A stretch of 64,000 nt of DNA, from assembly GCA_963729605.1 (NCBI GenBank), contig CAVSNY010000006.1, positions 192,001-256,000 of the forward strand. Direction: 5' to 3'. Made by a program: the position numbers and the translations under genes. The notes beneath the pieces were generated by a model. That model made no database searches and was not told the origin of the DNA. It was given only the letters and a program-made list of their open reading frames with translations. This document shows, one piece after another, positions 43,689 to 54,127 of the stretch; position 1 is the stretch's first letter; the number at the start of each line of letters is the position of its first letter. The DNA is from an uncultured Gammaproteobacteria bacterium. Its GTDB lineage: Bacteria > Pseudomonadota > Gammaproteobacteria > DRLM01.

Positions 43689-45173
43689 ATGCCAGCCATC
43701 AGCAGCCAACCCACCGCCAAGTCACTGTACTTTTATGGCCCCAAGTCTTTCCTGACCCTGGTCTTGATCGGTTTCGGCGTGGTCGCCCTGCCTTTGACCT
43801 TCGCCCTGATTTACGGCGCCATCCATGTCGACCGGCTCGCCACTCAAAGCCAAACCACGGTTTATAAAGCGGTGCGGACCACGCAACACACCCGCATGCT
43901 GCTGGAACAACTGACCGCCATGGAACGCACGGCCCGCCAATACCGGGTATTGGGCGATGCCGCGCTTTTTCAGGTATACGCCGAGAAACATCAAAATTTT
44001 CAGGTGACGGTGAATGTGTTGTTGGAGGCGATTCAAAATCCGTCGGTGACCGCGCAACTGCATGCCCTCGCCGAAAAGGAGAGGCGGCAATTTCACCTGC
44101 TCAGCGGCGGCAACGCCGATTCGGCGCGGGCTGAGGCCGCGATCGGACACTTCATCGAATTGACCGCGATCGCCCAAAACATTCTGGCCGAGAGCAACCA
44201 GGTCATCGATGAAGAGGTGGCCGCCATGCATCAGGCCACCGAGCGGACCTTAAAAGCGTTCTTGTGGCTGGCGTTCTCATTGGGGCCGGCGGCGGTGATC
44301 TTCGCGGGCGTCTTCGTCGTCCTGCTCAACCGCCCCATAAAACAAATCGACCAGGCCATCCGCCAGCTCGGCGGCGGGCAATTCTCGACCCCGGTCACCG
44401 TCACCGGTCCGCGCGACATGGAATACCTCGGCCAGCGCCTCGAATGGCTGCGCCAACAGCTCGCCGACCTCGAAAAACAAAAAACCAATTTCATCCGCCA
44501 TGTCTCGCACGAATTGAAAACTCCGCTCACAGCCTTGCGCGAAGGCGCGGAGCTGCTGGCCGACGAAGTGGTCGGCGGCCTGCGCGGCGAACAAAAGGAG
44601 GTGGTGAGCATCCTCCAGCAAAACAGCATCAAGCTGCAGAAACTCATCGAAGATCTGCTCAACTTCAACGTCGCCGCCGGGCCGCAGGCCTACAACCATA
44701 GCGAACCGCTGCGGCTCGACCGGATCATCGTCAACGTCGCCAACGATCACAAACTCAGCATGGTCGCCAAAGGCATCCACCTGCAAATGGATATCCCGCC
44801 GGTGACGCTGGAGGGCGAGCCGGAAAAGTTGCGGCTAATCGTCGACAACCTGCTCTCCAACGCGGTTAAATATTCGCCTCACGGCGGCACCATCCGCCTC
44901 GCGTTGCGGGAACAGGGCAAGCACGTTATCCTCGACGTGCACGATTCGGGACCCGGTATCGGTCCCGAGGAGTCGTCGAAGATTTTCGAGGCGTTTTATC
45001 AAGGCCAGGCGCCGGTTGACGGTTACATCAAGGGTTCCGGCCTGGGTTTATCCATCGCACGGGAACACACGCTTGCCCATGATGGCCGGATCGAAGCCCT
45101 GCCCGACAGCGAGGGCGCCCATTTACGGGTCACGCTTCCCCACAAACAAATCAAACATACCCATGCTGCATAA
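43689..45173 (+). CDS. glrK: Sensor histidine kinase, GlrK/QseE-like
   Basis: Two TM helices, HAMP, HVSHELKTPL, NLLSNAVKYSP, GSGLGLSI; precedes lipoprotein and sigma54 activator. Confidence 0.85.
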   Translation: MPAISSQPTAKSLYFYGPKSFLTLVLIGFGVVALPLTFALIYGAIHVDRLATQSQTTVYKAVRTTQHTRMLLEQLTAMERTARQYRVLGDAALFQVYAEKHQNFQVTVNVLLEAIQNPSVTAQLHALAEKERRQFHLLSGGNADSARAEAAIGHFIELTAIAQNILAESNQVIDEEVAAMHQATERTLKAFLWLAFSLGPAAVIFAGVFVVLLNRPIKQIDQAIRQLGGGQFSTPVTVTGPRDMEYLGQRLEWLRQQLADLEKQKTNFIRHVSHELKTPLTALREGAELLADEVVGGLRGEQKEVVSILQQNSIKLQKLIEDLLNFNVAAGPQAYNHSEPLRLDRIIVNVANDHKLSMVAKGIHLQMDIPPVTLEGEPEKLRLIVDNLLSNAVKYSPHGGTIRLALREQGKHVILDVHDSGPGIGPEESSKIFEAFYQGQAPVDGYIKGSGLGLSIAREHTLAHDGRIEALPDSEGAHLRVTLPHKQIKHTHAA

Positions 45174-45744
45174 TTGGCGAACCTTCTTCCTTGTTATCAC
45201 CGCGCTGGGCGTCACGGCCTGTAGCGGCGTAAAGACTCAACCGTCCGTAAGCGCCCCGCCGGCGGCGCGGGCCGCAGAACCGGTGCAGCCCGATCTTGAA
45301 TTGGACGCGCTGGTCACCACCCGCTGGTGGCTGGATTACCACCGCAACATGCACGCCCCGCTGCCAAACACGCTGACCGCCGAATACAAAAGCGCGGCGG
45401 CGGCCTGGTCGTCCGACAACTCCCTGCACAACCGCCTGCGCATGATCACCCTGCTCAGTTTGCGCGACGCCCCTTTCTACGACCCGGAACGGGCGCTCAA
45501 ATTGCTCAACGAGCTCATCGACGAGCCCGACGGGCAACCCAAAATAATTCAAGACGCCGCCGTCCTGGTGAAATCGAATATTCTCACCGTACTGCAGGAT
45601 CAGAAAAAGATTCAAACCCTCGCGGGTAAAATTAAGGAATTGCAAAATAACAACACGGCCATTCAGCAGCAGCTGGATGCCTTGAAGGAAATCGAACGAA
45701 GCATTTACGAACGCCGCAAAGTCGAGGTGACCAATAAACAATGA
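45163..45744 (+). CDS. QseG/YfhG-like lipoprotein
   Basis: Lipobox VTAC; C-terminal coiled coil QQLDALKEIERSI; between glrK and glrR. Confidence 0.7.
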   Translation: MLHNWRTFFLVITALGVTACSGVKTQPSVSAPPAARAAEPVQPDLELDALVTTRWWLDYHRNMHAPLPNTLTAEYKSAAAAWSSDNSLHNRLRMITLLSLRDAPFYDPERALKLLNELIDEPDGQPKIIQDAAVLVKSNILTVLQDQKKIQTLAGKIKELQNNNTAIQQQLDALKEIERSIYERRKVEVTNKQ

Positions 45745-47108
45745 ACCGCGCCAAAGGAAAAGTATTACTGATTGACGACGACCCCGGTCTGCTGCGGCTG
45801 ATCTCGATCCGGCTCAACACCGCCGGTTATGACGTCATCCCGATGGACAGCGGCGAACGAGCGCTCGCCCAGTTCTCCATCCATCGGCCTCAGGTAGTGG
45901 TCACCGATCTGCGCATGAACGGTATGGACGGCATGGCGGTGTTCGAGGCCGTCCATCAACGTTATCCCATGATCCCGGTGATCATCCTCACCGCCCACGG
46001 CACCATCCCCGATGCGGTGAACGCCACCAAGCGTGGCGTGTTCGGTTTTCTCACCAAACCCTTCGAGAGTAAGACGCTGCTCGACCAAATCAACAAAGCC
46101 ATCGAGATCAGCGGCAACAGCCAGATCGCCGACACCGAAACCACCGGCGACACCGGTTGGCGCCGCGAAATCATCACCCGCAATCCGGTGATGGAGGACG
46201 TGCTGCATCAGGCGCGCCTGGTCGCGGAAAGCGACATCAGCGTGTTCATCCACGGCGAGAGCGGCACCGGCAAAGACCTGCTGGCCCGCGCCATCCACAA
46301 GGCCAGTCCGCGTCACGATCAGTCCTTCGTCGCCATCAATTGCAGCGCCATCCCCGAACCCTTGCTCGAATCGGAATTGTTCGGCCACAGCAAAGGCTCG
46401 TTCACCGGCGCGACCCGCAACCACAAGGGCCTGTTTCAGGCCGCGGATAAAGGCAGTTTATTCCTCGATGAAATCGGAGATATGCCGCTCTCGCTGCAAG
46501 CGAAGTTGTTGCGGGTGCTGCAGGACCGCGAAGTGCGGCCGGTCGGCGCCACCGAGGCGGTCAAGGTGGATGTGCGCGTGATCTCCGCGACTCACCGCAA
46601 CCTCGAACAAGCGATGCTCCAGGGCCATTTCCGCGAAGATCTGTATTACCGCCTCAACGTGGTCGCCCTGGAAATCCCCGCGCTGGCCCAACGCCGCGAA
46701 GACATTCCGCTGCTCGCCAGCCATTTCCTGGCCCGGCTCGCCGCGAAGAACCGGCGCGAGATCGAAGGCTTCTCGCCAGAGGCCCTGGAATTGATGATAG
46801 GGGCGCCCTGGCCGGGCAATGTGCGGCAATTGCTCAACGTCGTGGAGCAGGTGGTCGCCCTGTCCACCACGCCGATCGTGCCGGCGTCGCTGGTGAATAA
46901 AGCCTTGCGCAACGAGTCGGGAGACATCCTCTCCTTCGCCGACGCCCGCAATCGCTTCGAGCGCGATTATCTGGTGCAATTACTGCAAATCACCCAAGGC
47001 AGCGTCACCCAGGCCGCGCGGCTGGCCAAACGCAACCGCACGGAGTTTTATAAATTGCTGCGCCGTCATCATCTGGAACCCGGCCTCTTCAAGGAAGCCG
47101 CCTTCTAG
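45741..47108 (+). CDS. glrR: sigma54-dependent response regulator GlrR/QseF
   Basis: REC domain, GESGTGKD, ESELFGH, GSFTGA, FREDLYYRLNV, AKRNRTEFYKLL. Confidence 0.9.
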   Translation: MNRAKGKVLLIDDDPGLLRLISIRLNTAGYDVIPMDSGERALAQFSIHRPQVVVTDLRMNGMDGMAVFEAVHQRYPMIPVIILTAHGTIPDAVNATKRGVFGFLTKPFESKTLLDQINKAIEISGNSQIADTETTGDTGWRREIITRNPVMEDVLHQARLVAESDISVFIHGESGTGKDLLARAIHKASPRHDQSFVAINCSAIPEPLLESELFGHSKGSFTGATRNHKGLFQAADKGSLFLDEIGDMPLSLQAKLLRVLQDREVRPVGATEAVKVDVRVISATHRNLEQAMLQGHFREDLYYRLNVVALEIPALAQRREDIPLLASHFLARLAAKNRREIEGFSPEALELMIGAPWPGNVRQLLNVVEQVVALSTTPIVPASLVNKALRNESGDILSFADARNRFERDYLVQLLQITQGSVTQAARLAKRNRTEFYKLLRRHHLEPGLFKEAAF

Positions 47109-47130
47109 ACTCCGCCGCGTCGCGGGACTT

Positions 47131-48711
47131 TTAGTGCTCCCGCGTCGCCAGGAATTGAATCTCCGGCCAACGCTCCATGGTCAGATTCAAATTGACCCGG
47201 GTCGGCGCCAGGTAAGTAAGGTCGCCGCCGCCGTCCAAGGCCAGGTTGTCGTGGGCCTTGCGGCGGAATTCCTCAAGACGTTTGGCGTCGTCGCACAGCA
47301 CCCAGCGCGCCGTCGCCACCGCCGCCGCCTCGAAAATGCATTCCACGCCGTATTCATCTTTCAGCCGTTGCGCCACCACGTCGAACTGCAACACCCCCAC
47401 CGCGCCCAGGATCAAATCATTGCTATTGAGCGGCCGGAACAACTGGGTGGCCCCCTCTTCGCACAACTGTTCCAGGCCCTTCTGCAAGGCCTTCATCCGC
47501 AGCGGATCGCGCAGCCGCGCGCGGCGGAACAACTCCGGCGCGAAGTGGGGGATGCCGGTGAACTTCAACACCTCCCCTTCGCTGAAGGTATCGCCGATCT
47601 GGATGGTGCCGTGATTGTGCAGACCGATGATGTCGCCGGGATAGGCGTCTTCCACCTGCTCCCGCTCGCGGGCCATGAAGGTGATGGCGTTGGCGATTTT
47701 CACGTCGCGGCCCAACCGTACCTGATGCAGCTTCATGCCCTTGCTGTAGGCGCCGGAACACACCCGCATGAAGGCGATGCGATCGCGGTGCGCCGGGTCC
47801 ATATTGGCCTGGATCTTAAATACGAAACCCGTGAATTTTTCTTCATCGGGCGACACGTCGCGACTGGTGGCATGGCGCGGCAAGGCCGCGGGGGCGTATT
47901 CCGCCATGGCGTTCAACAAATCCTCGACGCCGAAATTATTCACCGCCGAACCGAAAAACACCGGCGTCAGCCGGCCGGCGCGATAGGCCGCCAGGTCGAA
48001 CTCATGGCTGGCGCCCTTGACCAACTCCACTTGATCGCGAAACTCGCGGGCCATGCCGCCGAACAAATCGTCCAGCCGCGGATTATCCAATCCCTCGATC
48101 ACCTCGCCCGCCTGAATGCGGCCGCCGTGGGTGGAACTGAATAAATGCACGCTGTTGGTGTAGAGATTGAACACGCCTTTGAAACCCTTGCCCATGCCGA
48201 TGGGCCAGGTGATGGGCGCGCATTGAATCTTGAGCACCGATTCGACCTCGTCCAACAGATCGATGGGCTCGCGGCCTTCGCGGTCCAGCTTGTTGATGAA
48301 GGAGATGATCGGCGTATCGCGCAGGCGGCACACTTCCATCAGCTTGATGGTGCGCTCCTCCACGCCCTTGGCGCTGTCGATCACCATCAGCGCCGAATCC
48401 ACCGCGGTGAGGGTGCGGTAGGTGTCCTCGGAGAAGTCTTCGTGACCGGGGGTGTCGAGCAGATTAACCACCACGCCCTGATAGGGGAACTGCATCACCG
48501 AGGTGGTGACCGAGATACCGCGCTGTTTTTCCAGCTCCATCCAATCCGAGGTGGCGTGACGGGACGCCTTGCGCCCTTTCACCGCGCCCGCCAATTGGAT
48601 GGCACCACCATAGAGCAGGAGTTTTTCGGTGAGGGTAGTCTTGCCGGCGTCCGGGTGCGAAATGATGGCGAACGTGCGCCGCCGCGCCGCCTCTGCTGCG
48701 ATACTTGCCAT
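47131..48711 (-). CDS. prfC: Peptide chain release factor 3
   Basis: [38 protein letters not shown]. Confidence 0.97.
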   Translation of the reverse strand: MASIAAEAARRRTFAIISHPDAGKTTLTEKLLLYGGAIQLAGAVKGRKASRHATSDWMELEKQRGISVTTSVMQFPYQGVVVNLLDTPGHEDFSEDTYRTLTAVDSALMVIDSAKGVEERTIKLMEVCRLRDTPIISFINKLDREGREPIDLLDEVESVLKIQCAPITWPIGMGKGFKGVFNLYTNSVHLFSSTHGGRIQAGEVIEGLDNPRLDDLFGGMAREFRDQVELVKGASHEFDLAAYRAGRLTPVFFGSAVNNFGVEDLLNAMAEYAPAALPRHATSRDVSPDEEKFTGFVFKIQANMDPAHRDRIAFMRVCSGAYSKGMKLHQVRLGRDVKIANAITFMAREREQVEDAYPGDIIGLHNHGTIQIGDTFSEGEVLKFTGIPHFAPELFRRARLRDPLRMKALQKGLEQLCEEGATQLFRPLNSNDLILGAVGVLQFDVVAQRLKDEYGVECIFEAAAVATARWVLCDDAKRLEEFRRKAHDNLALDGGGDLTYLAPTRVNLNLTMERWPEIQFLATREH

Positions 48712-49127
48712 GAAATTCTTTATAACGACGTTGACTGAAAAGGTTGCGCATTATACACAGCGGGCTCGCTTCCCTGAAACCGGCAAGACAGCGCCGGTCC
48801 CGGCGGACACTTCCCTCCGGCGCGCATGGCGCCACACGCCATCTCGTCCATCACGCCCTCGGTCGGCGGCACACGTAAACAAATAAATAATTCCGCAATG
48901 TGATGAAACCTCCACTCTTTCTCGAGTGTCGAAAAAATGACTACCGAAAAGACTTAAGCTAGGGAAATTCTGAAATTGGGACCGGCCGGACGGCGGTCGC
49001 GTCCGGCGGTATCCGGCGGGCATGGACCTGATTAACTAATTGTCTATAATCGGATAAGTACTGTGATAATTGGAGTGCAGTCCGATTCCGTGGAGATGCC
49101 GACCGACACTGAAACCGTGTAAGAGTA

Positions 49128-49144
49128 TTGGCCTGATAGTTGCA
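49128..49144 (+). promoter_or_regulatory. sigma54 promoter of the prkA-yeaH-spoVR operon
   Basis: TTGGCCTGATAGTTGCA (GG-N10-GC) ~100 nt upstream of the prkA ATG; yeaG is sigma54-dependent in E. coli. Confidence 0.7.
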
Positions 49145-49244
49145 AATTCTCGTCTGAGTGCCAATACATAGGATAGACAGCGTCAAAGCGACACCCTCGG
49201 CATTGGGCGGCGGCGCCCCCGCAAAGCATGGGAGAGAACTGATT

Positions 49245-51167
49245 ATGAGTATCTTCGATAGTTACCAGGCGCGATATGAAGAAGCTCGGCAAGAAGAGCT
49301 GACCCTCAACGAATATCTCGAAATTTGCAAAACCGACCCCGCCGCTTATGCCACCGCGGCCGAGCGTCTGCTCATGGCGATCGGCGAACCGGAACTGCTG
49401 GACACCAGCAAGGATTCCCGCCTTAGCCGCATCTTCGCCAACAAGGTCATGAAAATCTATCCCGCCTTCCGCGATTTCTACGGCATGGAAGAGACCATCG
49501 AGCAAATCGTCGCCTTCTTCCGCCATGCGGCCCAGGGTCTGGAAGAGAAAAAACAGATTCTCTACCTGCTCGGCCCACCGGGCGGCGGCAAATCCTCGCT
49601 GGCGGAGAAACTCAAATCGCTGATGGAGCACATCCCCTTCTACGCGATCAAGGACTCGCCGGTGAACGAATCGCCGCTCGGACTGTTCTCGCGCCAGGAA
49701 GACGGTCGTATCCTCGAAGAAGACTACGGCATCCCGCAACGCTATCTAGGCAAGATCATGTCGCCTTGGGCGGTCAAACGCCTGCACGAATACAACGGCG
49801 ACATCACCAAGTTCAAGATAGTGAAGCGTCTGCCCTCGATCTTGCGTCAAATAGCCATTGCCAAAACCGAACCCGGCGACGAAAACAACCAGGACATCTC
49901 CAGCCTGGTGGGCAAGGTCGATATCCGCAAACTCGAGCAATTTTCACAAGACGACCCCGACGCCTACAGCTACTCCGGCGGCCTGTGCCTGGCCAATCAG
50001 GGCATGCTTGAATTCGTCGAGATGTTCAAGGCCCCCATCAAGGTGCTGCACCCCTTGCTGACCGCCACTCAGGAAGGCAACTACAAAGGCACGGAAGGGT
50101 TCGCGGCCATCCCCTTCGACGGCATCATCCTCGCGCATTCCAATGAATCGGAGTGGCAGGCCTTCCGCAACAACAAAAACAACGAGGCCTTCCTCGATCG
50201 CATTTACATCGTCAAGGTGCCGTATTGCCTGCGCGTCCACGAGGAGATGAAGATCTATGAAAAACTGCTGACCAACTCGTCGCTATCCAATTCGCCGTGC
50301 GCGCCCGGCACCTTGGAAATGATGGGCCAGTTCGCGATCCTGTCCCGCGTCAAGGACCCGGAAAATTCCAGCATCTATTCCAAGATGCGGGTCTATGACG
50401 GCGAAAATCTCAAGGACGTCGATCCAAAATCCAAGTCCTATCAGGAATACCGCGACTTCGCCGGCCCGGACGAAGGCATGTCCGGCCTGTCCACCCGCTT
50501 CGCCTTCAAGATACTCTCCAAGGTGTTCAATTACGATCATTCGGAGATCGCCGCCAACCCGGTACACTTGCTGTACATCCTCGAACAACAGATCGAGCAG
50601 GAGCAGTACCAGCCGGAAGTGAAGGACCGTTATCTCTCCTTCCTCAAAGGTTATCTGGCGCCGCGCTACGCGGAATTCATCGGCAAGGAAATTCAGACCG
50701 CCTATCTCGAATCCTATTCCGAGTTCGGGCAAAACATCTTCGACCGCTACGTCACCTACGCCGACTACTGGATCCAGGATTCGGAATACCGCGACCCGGA
50801 TACCGGCGAATTCCTCGACCGCGCGGCCCTCAACAGCGAACTGGAAAAGATCGAAAAACCGGCGGGCATCAGCAACCCGAAGGATTTCCGCAATGAGATC
50901 GTGAACTTCGTCCTGCGGGCGCGGGCCAATAATGCCGGCAAAAATCCCTCGTGGACCAGTTACGAGAAACTCCGCGAGGTGATCGAGAAAAAGATGTTCT
51001 CCACTACCGAGGATCTGTTGCCGGTGATTTCATTCAACGCCAAATCGACGTCGGACGACAAAAAGAAGCATGAGGAGTTCGTCAACCGTATGGTGACCAA
51101 GGGCTACACGCCCAAGCAGGTTCGCCTGTTATGCGAGTGGCACCTGCGTACCCGTAAATCGTCTTAA
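49245..51167 (+). CDS. prkA: PrkA-family serine protein kinase (YeaG)
   Basis: [46 protein letters not shown]. Confidence 0.96.
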   Translation: MSIFDSYQARYEEARQEELTLNEYLEICKTDPAAYATAAERLLMAIGEPELLDTSKDSRLSRIFANKVMKIYPAFRDFYGMEETIEQIVAFFRHAAQGLEEKKQILYLLGPPGGGKSSLAEKLKSLMEHIPFYAIKDSPVNESPLGLFSRQEDGRILEEDYGIPQRYLGKIMSPWAVKRLHEYNGDITKFKIVKRLPSILRQIAIAKTEPGDENNQDISSLVGKVDIRKLEQFSQDDPDAYSYSGGLCLANQGMLEFVEMFKAPIKVLHPLLTATQEGNYKGTEGFAAIPFDGIILAHSNESEWQAFRNNKNNEAFLDRIYIVKVPYCLRVHEEMKIYEKLLTNSSLSNSPCAPGTLEMMGQFAILSRVKDPENSSIYSKMRVYDGENLKDVDPKSKSYQEYRDFAGPDEGMSGLSTRFAFKILSKVFNYDHSEIAANPVHLLYILEQQIEQEQYQPEVKDRYLSFLKGYLAPRYAEFIGKEIQTAYLESYSEFGQNIFDRYVTYADYWIQDSEYRDPDTGEFLDRAALNSELEKIEKPAGISNPKDFRNEIVNFVLRARANNAGKNPSWTSYEKLREVIEKKMFSTTEDLLPVISFNAKSTSDDKKKHEEFVNRMVTKGYTPKQVRLLCEWHLRTRKSS

Positions 51168-51189
51168 CCATACAGGACGGGCATATAGC

Positions 51190-52458
51190 GTGTCGCAATT
51201 CATCGACAGACGGCCCAATGGCAAAAACAAAAGCGCGGTCAACCGCCACAAATTTATCCGGCGCTACAAAAACCAGATAAAAAAGGCGGTGTCCGATGCG
51301 ATCGCGGAGCGCAGCATCACCGATCTCAACCGGGGTGAAAAAATCAACATCCCGGCGAAAGACATCTCGGAACCGGTGATCCACCATGGGCCGGGCGGTC
51401 ATCGCGAGACCGTCCATCCCGGCAACACCGATTTCGTGACCGGCGACCGCCTGCCCCGTCCGCTGGGCGGGTCGGGCGGCGGTGGCAGCGGCAAGGCCAG
51501 CGACAGCGGCGAAGGCCTCGACGACTTCGTCTTTCAAATCTCCCGCGAGGAATTCCTCGATCTGTTCTTCGAGGATTTGGAACTGCCCGATCTGGTCAAG
51601 ACCCAATTGCAAAAACTCATGCGGGAAAAGACCGTGCGCGCCGGCTACACCAACGACGGCGTCCCCACCAACATCAATATCATCCGTTCGCTGAAAGGCG
51701 CGCTCAGCCGGCGCATCGCGCTGCGCTCGCCGCTGCAGGGTCAATTGCGCGAAGCGGAAAAGGAACTGGAGGCGCTGTTGTTGTTGCATGGCGAGTCCGG
51801 TCCCGGGATCGCCGTGTTGCGCGAAAAGATCGCTCACCTGAAGGCCAGGATCAAGGCAGTGCCTTTCATCGACACCTTCGATCTGCGTTACAACAACCGG
51901 GTCAAACAGCCCTATCCTTCCAGCCAGGCGGTGATGTTTTGCCTGATGGACGTCTCCGGCTCCATGGACCAGGGCAAAAAGGATATGGCCAAGCGTTTTT
52001 TCACGCTGCTGTATTTCTTCCTCACCGGCACCTACGAACACATCGATCTGGTCTTCATCCGCCACCACACCATCGCCAAGGAAGTGGATGAAAACGAATT
52101 TTTCTACTCGCGGGAAACCGGCGGCACGGTGGTCTCCAGCGCGCTCAAGCTCATGGAGGAGATCATCGATAAGCGTTATTCGCCCTCGGAGTGGAATATC
52201 TATGCCGCGCAGGCCTCCGACGGCGACAACTGGAGCGACGACTCGCCTTTATGCAAAGAGGTGCTCACCAAATCCATCATGCCGCGAGTGCAGTATTACG
52301 CCTACATCGAAATCACCGAAGACACGCCGCGCGGCTTGTGGCGCGAATTTCAAAACGTCAAACGAGCCTGTCCCAATTTCGCGATGCAGCGCATCGAGAA
52401 GGCGGCCGATATCTTCCCGGTTTTCCGCAAACTCTTTAAGAAAAAGGCCGCGGCATGA
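51190..52458 (+). CDS. yeaH: YeaH/YhbH (UPF0229) protein
   Basis: [47 protein letters not shown]. Confidence 0.94.
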   Translation: MSQFIDRRPNGKNKSAVNRHKFIRRYKNQIKKAVSDAIAERSITDLNRGEKINIPAKDISEPVIHHGPGGHRETVHPGNTDFVTGDRLPRPLGGSGGGGSGKASDSGEGLDDFVFQISREEFLDLFFEDLELPDLVKTQLQKLMREKTVRAGYTNDGVPTNINIIRSLKGALSRRIALRSPLQGQLREAEKELEALLLLHGESGPGIAVLREKIAHLKARIKAVPFIDTFDLRYNNRVKQPYPSSQAVMFCLMDVSGSMDQGKKDMAKRFFTLLYFFLTGTYEHIDLVFIRHHTIAKEVDENEFFYSRETGGTVVSSALKLMEEIIDKRYSPSEWNIYAAQASDGDNWSDDSPLCKEVLTKSIMPRVQYYAYIEITEDTPRGLWREFQNVKRACPNFAMQRIEKAADIFPVFRKLFKKKAAA

Positions 52459-53954
52459 GCGACAACAAGCTGCCCTATACCTCGGAGTGGACCTACGAGT
52501 TATTGCAGCGCTACGACGAAGAAATCGCCAAGATCGCCGCGGGATACCGCCTCGATACCTATCCCAATCAAATCGAAGTCATCAGTGCCGAACAGATGAT
52601 GGACGCCTATTCCTCGGTGGGCATGCCGGTGGGTTATCACCACTGGTCCTTCGGCAAACAATTCCTCAGCGTCGAACAGCGTTACAAACGCGGCCAGATG
52701 GGCCTCGCCTATGAAATCGTGATCAACTCCAATCCCTGCATCGCCTATCTCATGGAGGAAAACTCCATGACCATGCAGGCCCTGGTGATCGCCCACGCCG
52801 CCTACGGCCACAATTCGTTTTTCAAAGGCAATTACCTGTTCCGCACCTGGACCAATCCGGATTCGATCATCGACTATCTGGTATTCGCCAAAAAATACGT
52901 GGCGGAATGCGAGCGGCGCCACGGCGAAGAAGAAGTGGAACTGATCCTGGATTCCTGCCATGCCTTGATGAATTACGGCGTGGACCGTTACAAGCGCCCG
53001 CCGCGCCTCTCGGCGCAAGAAGAAAGAATGCGGCAGCGTGAACGCGAGGAGTTTCTTCAATCTCAAGTGAACGATCTATGGCGGACCATCCCCAGGACGG
53101 ATTCCGCCGCCGATGCCGCCAAGGCCGCGCGCTTCCCCCCCGAGCCTCAGGAAAACATGCTGTACTTCATCGAAAAAAACGCGCCTTTATTGGAACCGTG
53201 GCAACGGGAGCTGGTGCGCATCGTGCGCAAAATCGCCCAATATTTCTATCCGCAACGGCAAACCCAGGTCATGAACGAGGGCTGGGCGACCTTCTGGCAC
53301 TACACCATACTCAACACCCTCTATGAAAAAGGCCTGGTCACCGACGGTTTCATGATCGAGTTTTTGAAGACCCACACCAACGTAGTCTCCCAGCCGCCTT
53401 TCAACAGCCCTTATTATTCGGGCATCAACCCGTACGCGCTGGGGTTCGCCATGATGAGCGACATTCGGCGCCTATGCGAAAATCCCACCGAAGAAGACCG
53501 CCACTGGTTTCCCGAACTGGCCGGCACCGATTGGGTAAAGTCGCTGGACTTCGCCATGCGTAATTTCAAGGACGAGAGTTTCATCGCCCAATATCTCTCG
53601 CCCAAACTGATCCGCGACTTCAAGCTCTTCAGCGTGCTGGACGACGACACCGACAATCACATGGAGATCTCCGCCATCCACGATGAAAACGGTTACCGCC
53701 GGGTGCGGCGGGTGCTGGCCGGTCAATACAATCTCAGCATGCGCGAGCCCAATATCCAGATCTACAGCGTCAACCTGCGCGGCGACCGCTCGCTGACCCT
53801 GCGCCACACCCAGCACCACCGCCAACCCCTCGCCGACGACATCAACGAAGTCCTGCGCCATTTCACCCGGCTATGGGGATTCACCGTGAAGCTCGAAACC
53901 GCCGGCGAGGACGGCAAGATCGAAACCACTCATGAATGCGAGCGGGAACACTGA
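52455..53954 (+). CDS. SpoVR-family protein (YcgB)
   Basis: [39 protein letters not shown]. Confidence 0.94.
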   Translation: MSDNKLPYTSEWTYELLQRYDEEIAKIAAGYRLDTYPNQIEVISAEQMMDAYSSVGMPVGYHHWSFGKQFLSVEQRYKRGQMGLAYEIVINSNPCIAYLMEENSMTMQALVIAHAAYGHNSFFKGNYLFRTWTNPDSIIDYLVFAKKYVAECERRHGEEEVELILDSCHALMNYGVDRYKRPPRLSAQEERMRQREREEFLQSQVNDLWRTIPRTDSAADAAKAARFPPEPQENMLYFIEKNAPLLEPWQRELVRIVRKIAQYFYPQRQTQVMNEGWATFWHYTILNTLYEKGLVTDGFMIEFLKTHTNVVSQPPFNSPYYSGINPYALGFAMMSDIRRLCENPTEEDRHWFPELAGTDWVKSLDFAMRNFKDESFIAQYLSPKLIRDFKLFSVLDDDTDNHMEISAIHDENGYRRVRRVLAGQYNLSMREPNIQIYSVNLRGDRSLTLRHTQHHRQPLADDINEVLRHFTRLWGFTVKLETAGEDGKIETTHECEREH

Positions 53955-54028
53955 GCCCCGGCCGCTTAAGTCGTCACATCCCCAAAGTTAACCCGTTCTC
54001 AATCCCCGGGATTGCCGCCCGATCTTAC

Positions 54029-54056
54029 TAAAAGTTTTCCATTCAGCTCCCGATAA
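54029..54056 (+). promoter_or_regulatory. Candidate sigma28 promoter
   Basis: TAAAAGTTT-N11-CCCGATAA, close to the TAAAGTTT-N11-GCCGATAA consensus. Confidence 0.5.
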
Positions 54057-54127
54057 CCCCCTTACGTAAATCGAAATGGGCATCCGCTGGGCGCGTCCGG
54101 CCTATAAAATCACTGGGAAATCAACAG